The notes beneath the pieces were generated by a model that was not told where the DNA came from, made no database searches, and saw only the letters and a list, made by a program, of their open reading frames with translations. A stretch of 64,000 bases of DNA from Rhizaria sp. SCN 62-66 (taxonomy: Eukaryota), in contig MEDY01000011.1 in the NCBI GenBank assembly GCA_001724265.1, positions 124,001-188,000 of the forward strand, given 5' to 3'. Positions within the stretch are counted from its first letter, which is position 1. The number at the start of each line of letters is the position of its first letter. Below are positions 29,781-41,730 of this stretch, piece by piece. The position numbers and the translations under genes are program-made.

Positions 29781-31183
29781 AGACGCCGCAACAGTCAGTA
29801 CCTGAGCTCTGAACTCTCTTTTTACTGTGCTGAAGGCTGGACTCTCGCGCTTCGCCACGTTGTCTTTCCTCTTGTCACGTCGTTACCAATATCTTTCAAT
29901 CTAATGGGTCAATTTTACTGTTAGCGTTATATCTTAGTAGCTTATGTAAACCTTTATTGCCTTTATTTTTTGTATAATTGTTCATTTGTGTGTCTTATTG
30001 CTCTCTCGATGTCAACAAGCCAACGTTCTCCTTGATCCTCTGTGGTTTGAGATTCCATGTTGTCGTCGATAAGTATGTCTTTAGTCGTCCTAATTGTGTA
30101 ATAATCATTACATTATCACTACACCGTCCGACGCTGATGTGTGTGCGCGTATGTGTGCTTGCTTATGAGTGAATGTGCAGTGAGTGCCTACTTGGCCCTC
30201 TGTATCATTCACCCCGGCAGCTCCCCTTTGTGCCTCTTCTCAGAATGCCTTAATCGTTTTATGCACGTGTTCTTCCTTCTATCTTTCATGCAGTGGCCCG
30301 TGCCGCCGCATGCCCCTGTGATGCCCTTCTCCCAATCCCCGCCCTCCCTGCTTTTTGTTTGTATGGCGCGCGCGGCTGGAAGTCAGCCTGAAATACCATC
30401 TCTTGCTGAAACGTCGCTGTATGTGAGGGTTATGTGTGTGCCGTGTGTCCGCAGTAGTGATGATCTTCACTGTTCTCTGGCACTCCACAACTCTCATAAC
30501 CGTTATTCCTTATCAAATATTTTTCTTGCACTTGCGATTGTTCGTTTTGTCGCTTGTTCTTTGTATTAATACTAAGGCATCTTATGCTCTGTGAACTTGT
30601 TCTGTGTCTCTTGCCAGCTTTGTCTTGATGGGTTTCTTTTTTTCATAGATACGCTTGGGTGTAGTAGCTTACTCTGTTTTACTTTATCGTCTTCTTAATG
30701 GTTTTGACACAATATTGAGGTCTGTATCACTGATTGTTTCAGTGAAGATGTCTCCTTCTTTTAACTGCAACTCAAGAAATTAATGTCCTTTAATGATAAT
30801 TACAAATTGTTGTAAGCTTATGCAGTATAAAGGAGTGAAAGCTATCTCAGATCATCACGATTGTCATACGTTTGCGTGCATCCGCGCGCTCGGACTCTCA
30901 ATTTAACAGCCATTATTAGTTTTTTGTTTTACAAATACATGTCGAAAAATTATTTTCTAGCTCCTTGCACTCATATCCTGAAATTGTCGCCACCATTGAT
31001 ATATCGATCACCAAAGTTGTATTCGTCCGCTTCAGTCTCAAAATATACTCGATGCAACATGAGATGTAAATCGTGGAACCTGGCCGCAAAGCGCAGCCAA
31101 TTTACTTATACGAAAAGGTACTACTGTAAGATCTTAAGCTTATTGGGGGTTCGCCTCATGAGAACGCAACTCGCACGTCAAGC

Positions 31184-33105
31184 TCAGAACTTCATGTGCT
31201 TCTTCTCGCCCATGGGCGCGCCGCCGGAGCGCGAGAAGCCGCCGTAGACGTTCTCCTTGCGCTTGACGGCCGTGCCGAACTTAAGCAGCTCCTCGGGCAC
31301 CTGCTGCCCAGCCTCGCGCAGGATGTGCTGCAGCGAGCCGGCGAGGTGCTTGTTGTCGCGGCCGTTGAAGAAGGTCCACGCGGAGCCCGTCTTGCCGGCG
31401 CGGCCTGTGCGGCCGATGCGGTGCACGTAGTCCTCGATGACGAGCGGGAAAGTGTAGTTGACGACGTGCTCAACGTTAGGGATGTCAAGGCCGCGCGCCG
31501 CGACGTCGGTGGCGACCAGGATGCTCACCTTGCCCGACTTGAACGACGCCAGCGCGTTGGTGCGCTGGTCCTGGCTGTAGTCGGAGCTCAGGCCGGCGAC
31601 CTTGTAGCCCTGCGAGGCGATCTCGCGCTCGATCTCGGGCACCTCCTTCTTGTACAGCACAAAGACAATGATCTTGACGTCGGAGCCGTTGGCGATCTTC
31701 TTGAGCAGCTCGCGCAGACGGCCCTTCTTAGCGTGAAAGTCGTCGATCACCTCGACGGTCTGCGTGATGCGCGCGTTCGCCATGAGGCGGTCCGTCTGCA
31801 CCATCATCTTTCCGTCCTCGCCCTCCACCATCGCCGGCTCGCGGCCGATGATGATGTGCACGTGGTCGTCGCGGATGAGCTCGCTGCCCAGCTTCTGCAC
31901 GCTCTCGGGCCACGTGGCCGAGAAGAGCAGCGTCTGGCGCGCCTCCTTGGGCCCGATGGCGGCCGAGATGGCGCGCACGTCGGGCTCAAAGCCCATGTCC
32001 AGCAGGCGGTCCGCCTCGTCCAGCACGAAGTACGTCACCTTGCTGACGTCGATCGTCTGCTCGTTGATCATGGCGAGCAGACGGCCCGGGGTGGCGACGA
32101 CGACGTCGACACCCGCGCGCAGCGACGCCTTCTGCGAGCCCTTGTCGACGCCGCCGTAGACGCACACGGAGCGGCACGCAGTGTGCGCGCGGCACTCGTC
32201 GATCACCGCCTGCGTCTGCATCGCAAGCTCGCGCGTGGGGGCGAGCACCAGCACCGAGGGGGTCGAGTGCGCGCGCTTGGCGCCGGGGGCCGCGGCGGGC
32301 ACAGAGGTGCGCAGGTGCATCAGGGCGGGCAGCATGAAGCCGAAAGTTTTACCGGAGCTGTGAGACAGAGACGGAAAAAGAGAAGATCACGTAAGAACAC
32401 GAAGAAGAGACAGGTTGTGAGGAGAACGTCCGCGTGTACAAGATATTGCGTGAGGAACGAAAGCGAACACGCATATACGTGAATACAGGCGCAATACAGG
32501 ACAGAAGCAGTGAATAAGCGTGATTAAATGTGATAACAGTGTGTAACGTACCCAGTCTCGGCAATGCCGATGACGTCCTTGCCCATGAAGAGCGCAGGCC
32601 AAGCCTGGGCCTGGATCGGCGTGGGGGAAGTGAACTTGCCCCAGCACTTGCTCACGTCGGCGGGCAGGTTGAGCTGGGAGAACTTGGTGAAGGGCAGAAT
32701 CTTCTCGGAAGCAGAGCCGACGACGGTGATCGAGTGCTTAGTGCGGAACTCGGTGGCCTCGACCTTGGAGACGGGCTCCTTGAGGTACTCGAAGACAACT
32801 GCGGGGGACGACGCGGAGTCCGCCTTGTCCTTCTTGTCCTTCTTCTCCTTCTTGTCCTTCTTGTCCTTCTTGTCAGCCTTCTCAGACTTCTCGGACGCCT
32901 CAGAGGCAGCAGGGGACGGTAGGATAACGTCCTCCTCCTCAGCCTCGGCAGCAGCGGCCTCGGCGGCCTTGCGCGCACGCTTCGCCTCCTTCTTGGCCGC
33001 CTTCCGCTGCGCACGGGCCTCCTCGGACTCGACCTCGTCCTCGGAAACCTCGTCCGCGGGAGGCTGCTTAGAAGTCAATTTGACCTTATCAGTAATTGAA
33101 GGCAT
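31184..33105 (-). CDS. DBP3: DEAD-box RNA helicase Dbp3-like (ribosome biogenesis), 575 aa; exons 33105-32552 and 32357-31184
   Basis: Splicing the GTACGT..CAG intron 32551-32358 restores motif I, AETGSGKT. Q motif PTPIQAQAWP, PTRELA, DEAD, SAT and HRIGRTGR are present, with a KKD/KKE-rich N-terminus and a Dbp3-like tail PEELLKFGTAVKRKE. Stop TGA. Confidence 0.9.
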
Positions 33106-34363
33106 CGGAAATAGTGATACTTTCGCCGTTGACGGAAGATTCACAGACCTGGAAATCAACTCCTCACAGGCCCCACTCGGGTCCCCCCAGGCCTGCCAGC
33201 AGCTGCAGCCGGATGACCGTGAGCTGGCGAGGCTGCGGGACCGAAAATAAAAATTAATTACCCAAGCTGAGGAAATAGAAATCTTCTTCCCGCGACTCTG
33301 CAGCGCATTGAAAGGTCAACATGAATTTGTTATGCTTTTTCACTTTGGTTGAATATTTATATTTTTCAATCTTAGAGCCGTCTCTCGACGTTTTGTGGTG
33401 CATATCTCGATTGGAAGCTTGCATGGGCCGCCCCTGCAGTCAGAGCACTCGCTTCCCTCCGCAAACCCTCCCTGCAGCGGGCCACACGATGATAGCTGCT
33501 AATTGAAGCCTTGATTACACATTATCTTACTTACAGCTAGTGTGTCCGCAGCGTCCGAGGCTTACTGTATGCATTCTTGCGCGTCTTGGTACTTTGAATG
33601 GGACTGACCCCCCTGTGTGGCACCACAACCGGACGACAAGGCTCGTATCACGTCAACGCACGTGCACTGTGCTTTGTTTTAGCACGCCTGCGCCGTCAAC
33701 TCTGCGTCACTCTCTCTAATTTGTGTCTTTGACATGCATATTGTCTCGATATCTTATATTTGATATCTCTCCGCCCCTCATGCGCTCGCCCTGTCTGCAA
33801 CTAATATCTCGCCCCGTCCCTCGCTTCCTCTGCTGCAGCGCGCTCTCCGTGTTGGTCGTGAGTGCGCACACCAGCAAACCACGACGTCCTTGCTCTCCCA
33901 GTCCGCTTTGCTGGCGCTTGCGTCGCCCTTGCTGACTCCGACCGCTCTCCCCACCACCACCAACTCTTACTCTCTCTCTCTCTGCGCTTCGGCTAAGCAG
34001 CTGCAGCAGCAGTACTCGGCAGCAGCCGCCTGCTTCTCCTTCCCGCCGTTGCCGTCGCGTTCCCGCGCGCTCTCCCCTCTAGGTCTTGCGCCCGCCGTGC
34101 TGTGCTCCGAGTCGCTCGCCGCCACAACAACAGCCACCGCCGCTGCGACAGTCGCTCCAGTAACTGACGCATTGGTCGACTGCGCCTCCGCGCTCGCGCT
34201 CACTCTCTTCAGTCCCAATAGCCCTGTTGCTGCTGCTGCTCTGACGACAACTCACAGTCACAGTATCGCGAACTTCGCTGGTTCAACTGCGTGCGACTGC
34301 CCCGACTGCGACCCCGAGTCTGACCCCCGTCTCGACTCACTCGACTCACGCTCACACTCGCCC

Positions 34364-34411
34364 GCACACGCACACGCACACGCACACGCACACGCACACG
34401 CACACGCACAC
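34364..34411 (+). repeat. (GCACAC)8 microsatellite upstream of the Myb ATG
   Basis: Perfect hexamer repeat; it reads (AH)8 in the Myb frame. Confidence 0.9.
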
Positions 34412-34447
34412 AGCGGCGCTCTCAAGGCTAGCCTCCCTCTCAGCCTG

Positions 34448-37400
34448 ATGTCCGCCGAACCTTACACGGGCCGCAGCAGCCGCTACGCCGCCGCCGCCGC
34501 CGCCGCCGCGGCTGCCGCGGGCAGCTCCAGCGGCCGCTCGACCAGCCCCTCGGGCTCCGCGCTTCCCGCCGCGGGCGGCGCCGCGGGCGTCGGCGGCAGC
34601 AGCGTGGCGACTGGCGGCGATGACGATGACGACGACTACGACGACGCCAAGAAGAAGGCGCGCAAGGCCTACACGGTGACCAAGCCGCGCGAGGTGTGGA
34701 CCAAGGATGAGCACGCGCGCTTCGTCCACGCGCTGGGCGTCTACGAGCGCGACTGGAAGCGCATCGAGGAGTACATCGGCACCAAGACGGTGATCCAGAT
34801 CCGTTCCCACGCGCAAAAGTACTTCCTCAAGCTGCAGAAGGAGGGCAAGACGGACGTGATCCCGGCGCCACGCCCGAAGCGCTACGCGTCCATCACGCGC
34901 GGCGGCAGCGCGGGCGGCGGCTACGGCGACGGCGACGGGGACGGGGACGGCGACTCGCTGCCCGGCGGCGGTCACGGTCACGGCCACGGCGCGCACGGCG
35001 GCGTTGAGGGCTCGGACGGCGACGAAAGCGACCGGCTCTCGGTCGCCAGCTCCGTCGCCACGGCCGCCGCCTCGGTCACCGGCACCGGCCGGCCCAAGCG
35101 CGTGCGCCGCGCCGGCCCCGTCGGCCCGCGGCTTACAAGCGCGGCCGCGGCACTGCTGTCGGCCAGCCCTTCGCACCCGAACCACCCGAACTCAGGCAAC
35201 AGCAACGCGGGCGGCGGTGGCCGCGGCGCCAACTCTAGCGCCAATGCTACCAACGGCGGCGGCGCGGACGGGCTGAGCTACTCGCCTTCGGCGCTGGATC
35301 ACCACGGACACCACGGACACGGACACGGACACCCCGCACACGGCCAGTTCTACCACCACCACCCCGCCGGGTCCGGGCTCGCAATGGCCCTCGCCGCGGC
35401 CGGCGGGCCCGGGGCCGCGGGCCCGCAGTCGCAGCTGCAGTCCGCAGCCGCGGTCGCCGCGGGCACCGGCGGCGCGGGCGCGGGCACCGGCGGCGGGCTC
35501 ATCCCGCCCCATCACTACCACGCGCACGCGCACGCCCACGGTCACCGGTACCCGGGCTCGTCCGCTGCGTCCGAGGCCGGCGGCGGGTACCTGCCTGTGG
35601 GCTACGCCTCGCTGTCCCGCACCGCCAGCCCGGCCGCCAGTGGCGCCGTCGCGGGCCCCCACGGCCACGGCCACGGCCACGGGCACCCGCAGGGGCACAG
35701 CAGCAGCGCGAGCGTCGCCAGCGGCGTCGGCGTCGGTGTCGGTGTCGGTGTGGGGCCCGGGAGCTTTTTTCGCCCTATGTCCTCGGCCGCCTCGGTCGCC
35801 AGCCTCAACGACGGTGCCGGCGCGCGCGGGGGCCCCGGCTCGGTGGCGGGCGCCGCGCCCTCCGCGCACACGGGCCTCGGTGTGACGCCCGCGGCGGGCG
35901 GCCTGGCCCGCTTCGGCTCCCCGCCCTCGCCCACCGGCTCCGTGCACTCGGCGCGCTCCTACACGCCCGCGGCCGCCGCCGCTGCCGCCGCCGCCGCCGC
36001 TGCCGCGGGCGCGGGCGTCGGCGCCGGCGCCCTTCTCTCACTCGGCTGCCGGCGGTCCTCGACCACCGCGCACGGCCACGGCCACCACCACGTGGGCGGC
36101 TCGGGCGCCAGCATCGCCGGCTCCGTCGCCGCGGGCCCCGCGTCCGTGGCCGGCGGCGTCGGGCCCGTCGGCGGCGGCATGGGCAGCGGCGGCAGCGTGA
36201 CCTCGCTGCAGCACCACCACCGGCCGCGCGCGTATCCCATCGCGGGCTCAGTGGCCTCCTTCTCCGCCGTCAACGGCGTCGTCCCCGTCGGCCCAGGCGC
36301 CGCGGCCGGTGGCGGCGGCTTCACTGGGGTCATCCACCCGCCCGTGCCCTCGCTGCCCGTGGGCGTCGCGGGCGCCGGCGCGCTCCCGCTGTCGGCCGCC
36401 GCCGCCGCCGCCGCCGTCGCGGGCGGGGGCGGCGCGGGCGCGGGCGCGGGTGGCGTGAGCCACAGCATCTTCGCGGTGCCGCCGCTGCTCACGCGCACAG
36501 CCTCGACCAGCTCGGTCCGCTCCCACATCAGCCACGGCACCGCGCTGTCGGCGCTCGCGGGCATGCCCATCGGCCGCGGCGGGCTCCGCGGCGCGCTCGA
36601 CGCCTCCACCGCCCACGCCCTCGCCCACGGTCACGGCCACGGTCACGGTGTGGTTGGCCTGCTCGCGGTCACCCCCACGCCGACCGCCGCCGCCCCGGTT
36701 GGCGCCGCAGTGGCCGGCGCGCCCCGGTCCGACTCGACCTCCGCCGCCGTCGCCGCCGCGCTCACCCCCGCCGCCCCCGCTGCTGTCGCGCCCGTCGCAG
36801 CGGCCGCCGACGCTGTTTCCACCGCTGTGGTCACCGCGGGCGCCGTGCCCGTCGCGATCACACTCTCCGCGCCTCCGACCGCGGGCCACATGGCGTCGCT
36901 GGTTGAAACGGCCTCGTCGCTGCCGCCGCTGCCCTCCGCCGCCTCCGCGCTGCTGCCCGGCGCCGTCTCTGGCGCCGTGCCCGTGCCCGTGCCCGTGCCC
37001 GTGGCGGCGCTGCCGCTGGCGTTGCCTCTGCCCGTCGATGCCACCGTCGTCGCCGGCACTGCGGGCCCCGTCGCCGCCCTCGCCAGCGCCAGCACCAGCA
37101 CCGCCGGCGCTGGCGCTGCGGGATTCGAGTTCCTGGCCTCGTGCGGCACGGGCATCGCGGGCGAGTACCAGTACCCTCCCAACGCTGCAGTCACCGCCGC
37201 TAACAACGCCAACGCCGCGATGTTCGACGGCCCGTCCCCGCCCGCCGCGGCCGCCGCCCCCGCCGCTGGCGCCGCCGACGCCGGGTCCCCCGCCGAGTCG
37301 CCGTCGCCGGCCAATGTCATCGCCCACTCCGCGAGCGCCGGCGCCAACGCCGGGGAGGCAATGGTGGACGCCGAGACCGGCGCCGCCGCGACGTCCAACG

Positions 37401-39556
37401 CCGCCAACACCAACAGCAGCTCGTCTGCCACCGCTGCCGCCGCCGCGCCTGCTGCCACTGGCGCCAACGCCGGCTCTAGCTCGAGCTCTGCCGCTGGCGC
37501 CGGTGCCGGCGCGGGTGCTGGTGAGGAGGACGAGGACGAGGAGCAGCGCCGCCGCCGCCTGGCCGCCGCCGCCGCGCTGCATCGCCACGACGAGCCCGCC
37601 GGCACGCTCCCCGCTGCCGTCGCCGCCGCTGACAGCGACGCCCCTGTCGCCGGCGCGGCTGGCGATGCGGCAGCCAACGCGCTCGTCCCCGCCACCGACT
37701 CCGCCGCTGTCCAGCAGCCGCAGCAGCAGCAGCATGCCCCGGCGCAACCCCCGCGGGGTGAGGAAAGCGCTGCGCTGGAGCTGCGACACCACTCGACTGC
37801 GCTGGCGCACCTGGCGCGGCTGCCGTCGCTGCTGGCCTCGATCCGCGGCGCACCGTTGGCGTCGGACCCTGACGGGCGTTGTGCCGCTGTGCCCAACGCC
37901 TTCGTGTACCCGTCGGCCTCGCAGACGCTGCCGACCTTCGCCCGCGCCCGCGGCCCCGTGGCTCACGACGTGCGGCCGCTGCCCTTCTCTTCGGCGCAGC
38001 TCGCGCGCGCCACGCTGCGCCGCGTGTACCTCGCGCGCGAAGAGTCGAGCGACCCGCGCCACATGGCAGAGCTCGCCGACGCCGCCGCCGCCGAGTCCGA
38101 GGCCACCGCGCTGCTCCTGCAGGCGCGCGCCGAGCACGAGGCGCGCGCCGCCGCCGCCGCCGCCGCACAAGACGCGCTGGCGGGCGCCGTGGAGCGCGCG
38201 CACGCGGCGGGGCGCGATCCCGACACAGACCCCGAGGCCGTGGCCGCGGCCGACGCCGTGACGGCGACTGCGACGGCGCTCGACGCCGCGGCCAACGAGC
38301 TCGCCGTGGTGTACGCGCGCACCGAGGCCGCGGCCAACGCAGTCGCGGCGCTGCCGCCCGTGGTGTCGAAGCCGCTGCTGGGCACGCGCCCGCTGGCGAC
38401 GGCCGCTATGGGCACCGGCGGCAACGGCGGCGGCGCGGGTGCCACCACGTTGCTGCGCGCCGCGCCGCCGCTGGTCGGCACGGGGTACCTGGGCAGCTTC
38501 ACGTGGCACCGGCTCGGCCACGAGCAGCGGCTGAGAGCGATGGCAGACCCGTCGCTGGTTCTCGCGCGCGGCAAGGTCGCCGAGGCCGTCAAGGCCGGCG
38601 CAGAGGTCCGCGCCTCGGCCGCAACGGACCCCGCGCGCGCGGCCGCCGCGCTCGCCGCGGTGGGGCCCAGCGACGACCCGGGCGCCGCGCTGGCGGCCGC
38701 GGCGGCCGCGGATCCGGCCGCCTTCACGGGCGGCGTCACGGACCTGGGCGCGCGCGGCGTGGCGGAGCTGCTGAGCTCGATCTTCGACCCCTCGGCGGGG
38801 CTCACGCCGCTGGACCGCACGCGCGCGCTCGACGCGCTGTCGCCCGCGGAGAAGCGCCTCGCGGCCGTGCTGCTCAAGAACATGGCCGTCAACCTCACCG
38901 GCGTCGACGCGCTGCAGCAGCTCCAGCAGCAGCAGCAGAGCGAGTACGAGCAGCAGCAGTTTCTGCTCCAGCAGCAGCAGCAACAGCAGCAGCATGAGCA
39001 GATGATGATGCTGGAGCAGCAACAGCAGCAGCACGAGCACGACTTTGCCGCCGCTGCTGGCGCGGGCCAGAATGTGGAAGACCACCTCGATCAGCAGCAC
39101 CATCTCATGTTCCAACAGCAGCAGCAGCAGCAGCAGCTTCAGCACCACGAGGACGACGTTGCCGCCGCTCTCATGGATGAGTCGCACCTCCAGCAACAGC
39201 AACATCAACAGCAGCAACAGATGCAGCTCGCTGGCGCTGACGCTGAGACTGACCCCGCGGCCGCGCTGTTTGGCGACGACGCCCTCGCGCACACACACGC
39301 CCAGCAGCAGCAGGCTCATGACGCCACCGCACAGATGACTGCAGGCGACATGAACATGGCTCTGGGCCTGGGCTTGGGCCCCCTCGACGGGCTGGGCGGC
39401 GCCGGTGTGGGCGAGGCCAGCGCGGCCGACGCCTTCTTCGCCGCCGACCCGCAGGTCGTGCTCGACGCGGCCACTGCGCCCGACGCCAACGCTAACACCG
39501 CTGATGCGACTGCGGCTCCCGGTGGCGACAACCTCGACGGGCACATGTTTGGTTAA
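34448..39556 (+). CDS. SHAQKYF-class single-Myb transcription factor, REVEILLE/CCA1-like, with LCL-like C-terminal motif (~1,702 aa from first ATG)
   Basis: [63 protein letters not shown] (~34650-34880) and [28 protein letters not shown] (~38760-38900). The rest is largely Ala/Gly/His/Gln low complexity. The start is uncertain because the frame is open, without ATG, from 33764. Stop TAA. Confidence 0.85.
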   Translation: MSAEPYTGRSSRYAAAAAAAAAAAGSSSGRSTSPSGSALPAAGGAAGVGGSSVATGGDDDDDDYDDAKKKARKAYTVTKPREVWTKDEHARFVHALGVYERDWKRIEEYIGTKTVIQIRSHAQKYFLKLQKEGKTDVIPAPRPKRYASITRGGSAGGGYGDGDGDGDGDSLPGGGHGHGHGAHGGVEGSDGDESDRLSVASSVATAAASVTGTGRPKRVRRAGPVGPRLTSAAAALLSASPSHPNHPNSGNSNAGGGGRGANSSANATNGGGADGLSYSPSALDHHGHHGHGHGHPAHGQFYHHHPAGSGLAMALAAAGGPGAAGPQSQLQSAAAVAAGTGGAGAGTGGGLIPPHHYHAHAHAHGHRYPGSSAASEAGGGYLPVGYASLSRTASPAASGAVAGPHGHGHGHGHPQGHSSSASVASGVGVGVGVGVGPGSFFRPMSSAASVASLNDGAGARGGPGSVAGAAPSAHTGLGVTPAAGGLARFGSPPSPTGSVHSARSYTPAAAAAAAAAAAAAGAGVGAGALLSLGCRRSSTTAHGHGHHHVGGSGASIAGSVAAGPASVAGGVGPVGGGMGSGGSVTSLQHHHRPRAYPIAGSVASFSAVNGVVPVGPGAAAGGGGFTGVIHPPVPSLPVGVAGAGALPLSAAAAAAAVAGGGGAGAGAGGVSHSIFAVPPLLTRTASTSSVRSHISHGTALSALAGMPIGRGGLRGALDASTAHALAHGHGHGHGVVGLLAVTPTPTAAAPVGAAVAGAPRSDSTSAAVAAALTPAAPAAVAPVAAAADAVSTAVVTAGAVPVAITLSAPPTAGHMASLVETASSLPPLPSAASALLPGAVSGAVPVPVPVPVAALPLALPLPVDATVVAGTAGPVAALASASTSTAGAGAAGFEFLASCGTGIAGEYQYPPNAAVTAANNANAAMFDGPSPPAAAAAPAAGAADAGSPAESPSPANVIAHSASAGANAGEAMVDAETGAAATSNAANTNSSSSATAAAAAPAATGANAGSSSSSAAGAGAGAGAGEEDEDEEQRRRRLAAAAALHRHDEPAGTLPAAVAAADSDAPVAGAAGDAAANALVPATDSAAVQQPQQQQHAPAQPPRGEESAALELRHHSTALAHLARLPSLLASIRGAPLASDPDGRCAAVPNAFVYPSASQTLPTFARARGPVAHDVRPLPFSSAQLARATLRRVYLAREESSDPRHMAELADAAAAESEATALLLQARAEHEARAAAAAAAQDALAGAVERAHAAGRDPDTDPEAVAAADAVTATATALDAAANELAVVYARTEAAANAVAALPPVVSKPLLGTRPLATAAMGTGGNGGGAGATTLLRAAPPLVGTGYLGSFTWHRLGHEQRLRAMADPSLVLARGKVAEAVKAGAEVRASAATDPARAAAALAAVGPSDDPGAALAAAAAADPAAFTGGVTDLGARGVAELLSSIFDPSAGLTPLDRTRALDALSPAEKRLAAVLLKNMAVNLTGVDALQQLQQQQQSEYEQQQFLLQQQQQQQQHEQMMMLEQQQQQHEHDFAAAAGAGQNVEDHLDQQHHLMFQQQQQQQQLQHHEDDVAAALMDESHLQQQQHQQQQQMQLAGADAETDPAAALFGDDALAHTHAQQQQAHDATAQMTAGDMNMALGLGLGPLDGLGGAGVGEASAADAFFAADPQVVLDAATAPDANANTADATAAPGGDNLDGHMFG

Positions 39557-41730
39557 GGACCTCTGGCTGAGTGCCATTTTGTGCATCTCAATGGGAGGTG
39601 TGCGGAGTCGCATTTGTATCATAATACGCTCGGTGTGAGCGCGTGTGGCTGTGCGGGTGCTGAAAGATCATGGTTCGTCTAGTCAGTAACCCCACAACTG
39701 TGATGCAGCACCGTTACACATCTAGTGTGTTTGTTTTAATTATTATCGTAACTAATACCTTAGTCCAGCGCGCATTCACGTGCATACCGACAAACGGCCA
39801 ATTTAGCAAAAACAAATGCTCTACTTTGTCTCGTTTTTGTCACCTCCTTCGATAGGTGTGCAGCCGGTGCGATATTCCCACAGGCATCACCCCATCTCTG
39901 GGCATAACTAATCGTTTCTTGTCTGTTCGTTTTTGTTTGTCTCTATGGAGAGAGGCTTGTGACGCCTCAACACGAATATATCACTTCCTTCATACACAAT
40001 CAACTTCATTTACATCTGTCATGTCTTACTTGCGCAATAGATATGTTTGAGCACAAAGCGCATTCGCACAAACGCCAAATATGGATAATTCTCGAAGAGT
40101 TTGTGTATTTTTATCACGCGGCCCACATTCACCACAGTGTTTCACGCACGCACATCCGCTGCGCACACACGTTGTGTGTATGCAGTGCGCAGTGCTGAAT
40201 CGGTGTTAGATATAAGAAATCGTAGGGACAAATAACCCGCAGGTTATAATAGCTAAACGTGTACTTTTTTGGATTTTTGTGTGAATCACGAGCGTCCTGC
40301 TACAGGAACAGCAGAAATGGCGGGACTCTCGTATTTGTCAATATGCAAATTGATGAAAACAGAAGGTGGTGTAAACACATGAGTTGAGAGGAGACAGCCA
40401 TCGCAACAGGTGCGGATGTCCAGGGTGACTACAGTGACAAGTGATGTTGAGCGAACGAGCGCAAAGGTGGCAATGCGGCAGCGAGCAAGTGTAATGTAAT
40501 GCAGTGCACCACACGAGCGAGCAGTGGCAGTGGGTAGTAAACAAACAAAGAGAGCTGAATCAATCACTGTACAGAGTAAGCGCGCAGAAGAGCAGTGCTC
40601 TGATCCTGCAAACTGTTAATAGACAATAAAAGAAACGAATCAAGAGGAAACAGACAAATATGAACAAATGAAGCAATCAAACGGGAGCGATAGTGCAAAA
40701 CGAAAGGACGGTGATAAACACTAGCGCGCGTGTGACGACGTACTATCACCTCAGTTAAGACACTTATACATCACAGCTGATTGGACGACGTGGAACCGTA
40801 GAACCGCAGTCGGTGAACGTGGACGGCATTCTAAAATGAGACAGAGTAAGCGGCAATAAAGACGACGACGATCACATGCATGTAAGGTGCTAGCGACAAG
40901 CTGTAAAGCTCAGGCGCGACGAGTGTTACAAACATTGTGGCGTACAAACGTAAACTTGTCCAAATAACGTGGACAAGGGACAGAAATAAACATCAGCATA
41001 GGTTTTACATTTACATAAACATGAAGAAACAGCACAACACACGTTACATAAAAAAAGATAACTTGTTCGCGTTGAACGGGACATTCATGCGTCGACGAAG
41101 TCACTGTCACTCAAGCCAGTGCACATGTGCATTGTTGCAGCAGCAAACAGTGTTGTAAGCGTGTGTGTGTGTGTGTCATAACAAAGGAGTGCAGTTTGTC
41201 GCGCGTCTAGACGCAAGCAACAAACAGCGTACATCTTATGACCTAAACATACACTACTCGCCTACACTGCGTACCGGACAAAGATCATTGCGCTGGCTAG
41301 CCAGTAAACATTGGTGGAAGTACAAACAGCAAGCTGCAAGCTGCAAACAGCAAGCAACAAGCCGACATAAAAGAAGAAATCCAGAGAAACCACGACTTCA
41401 CATGGTCAAACGCATGAATAAATATGACTGACTAGGTGGTAGGTTGACATTTAGCATGTACGCTTAGCGGCTGACAATGCAACGACATAGCTTGCACCGC
41501 AGCAAAGCAAAGTGCGTACTCAGAGGAGGAGCATGCAGGGCTGTGGCTGCGTTGTAATGACGTGCAATGTGACTGACAAACTATTAATGCACTTATCCAA
41601 GAAAAAAATGTTTGTAAACAGAATAAAAATATAACACAAGTCAAAATTAACCTAACAAACGATAAATTACATTAATGACTCACAACTCAGTAAGCACAAA
41701 TGCACCAACAGTAGTGCTGATATCACGTGT

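Noticed and set aside
31196-32482. 428-aa plus-strand ORF opposite DBP3
   Set aside because: Antisense shadow; the helicase motifs are on the minus strand.
36248-39622. 1,124-aa antisense ORF and other long alternative-frame ORFs over the Myb gene
   Set aside because: Extreme GC content and trinucleotide repeats suppress stops; the products are Arg/Gly-rich with no motifs.
39557-41730. Short ORFs or ncRNA in the spacer between the convergent Myb and kinase genes (also 29781-31183 and 46800-47813)
   Set aside because: AT-richer, no codon bias or motifs. I saw no convincing tRNA (including a CUA suppressor), snoRNA or transposon ends by eye; probably UTRs.
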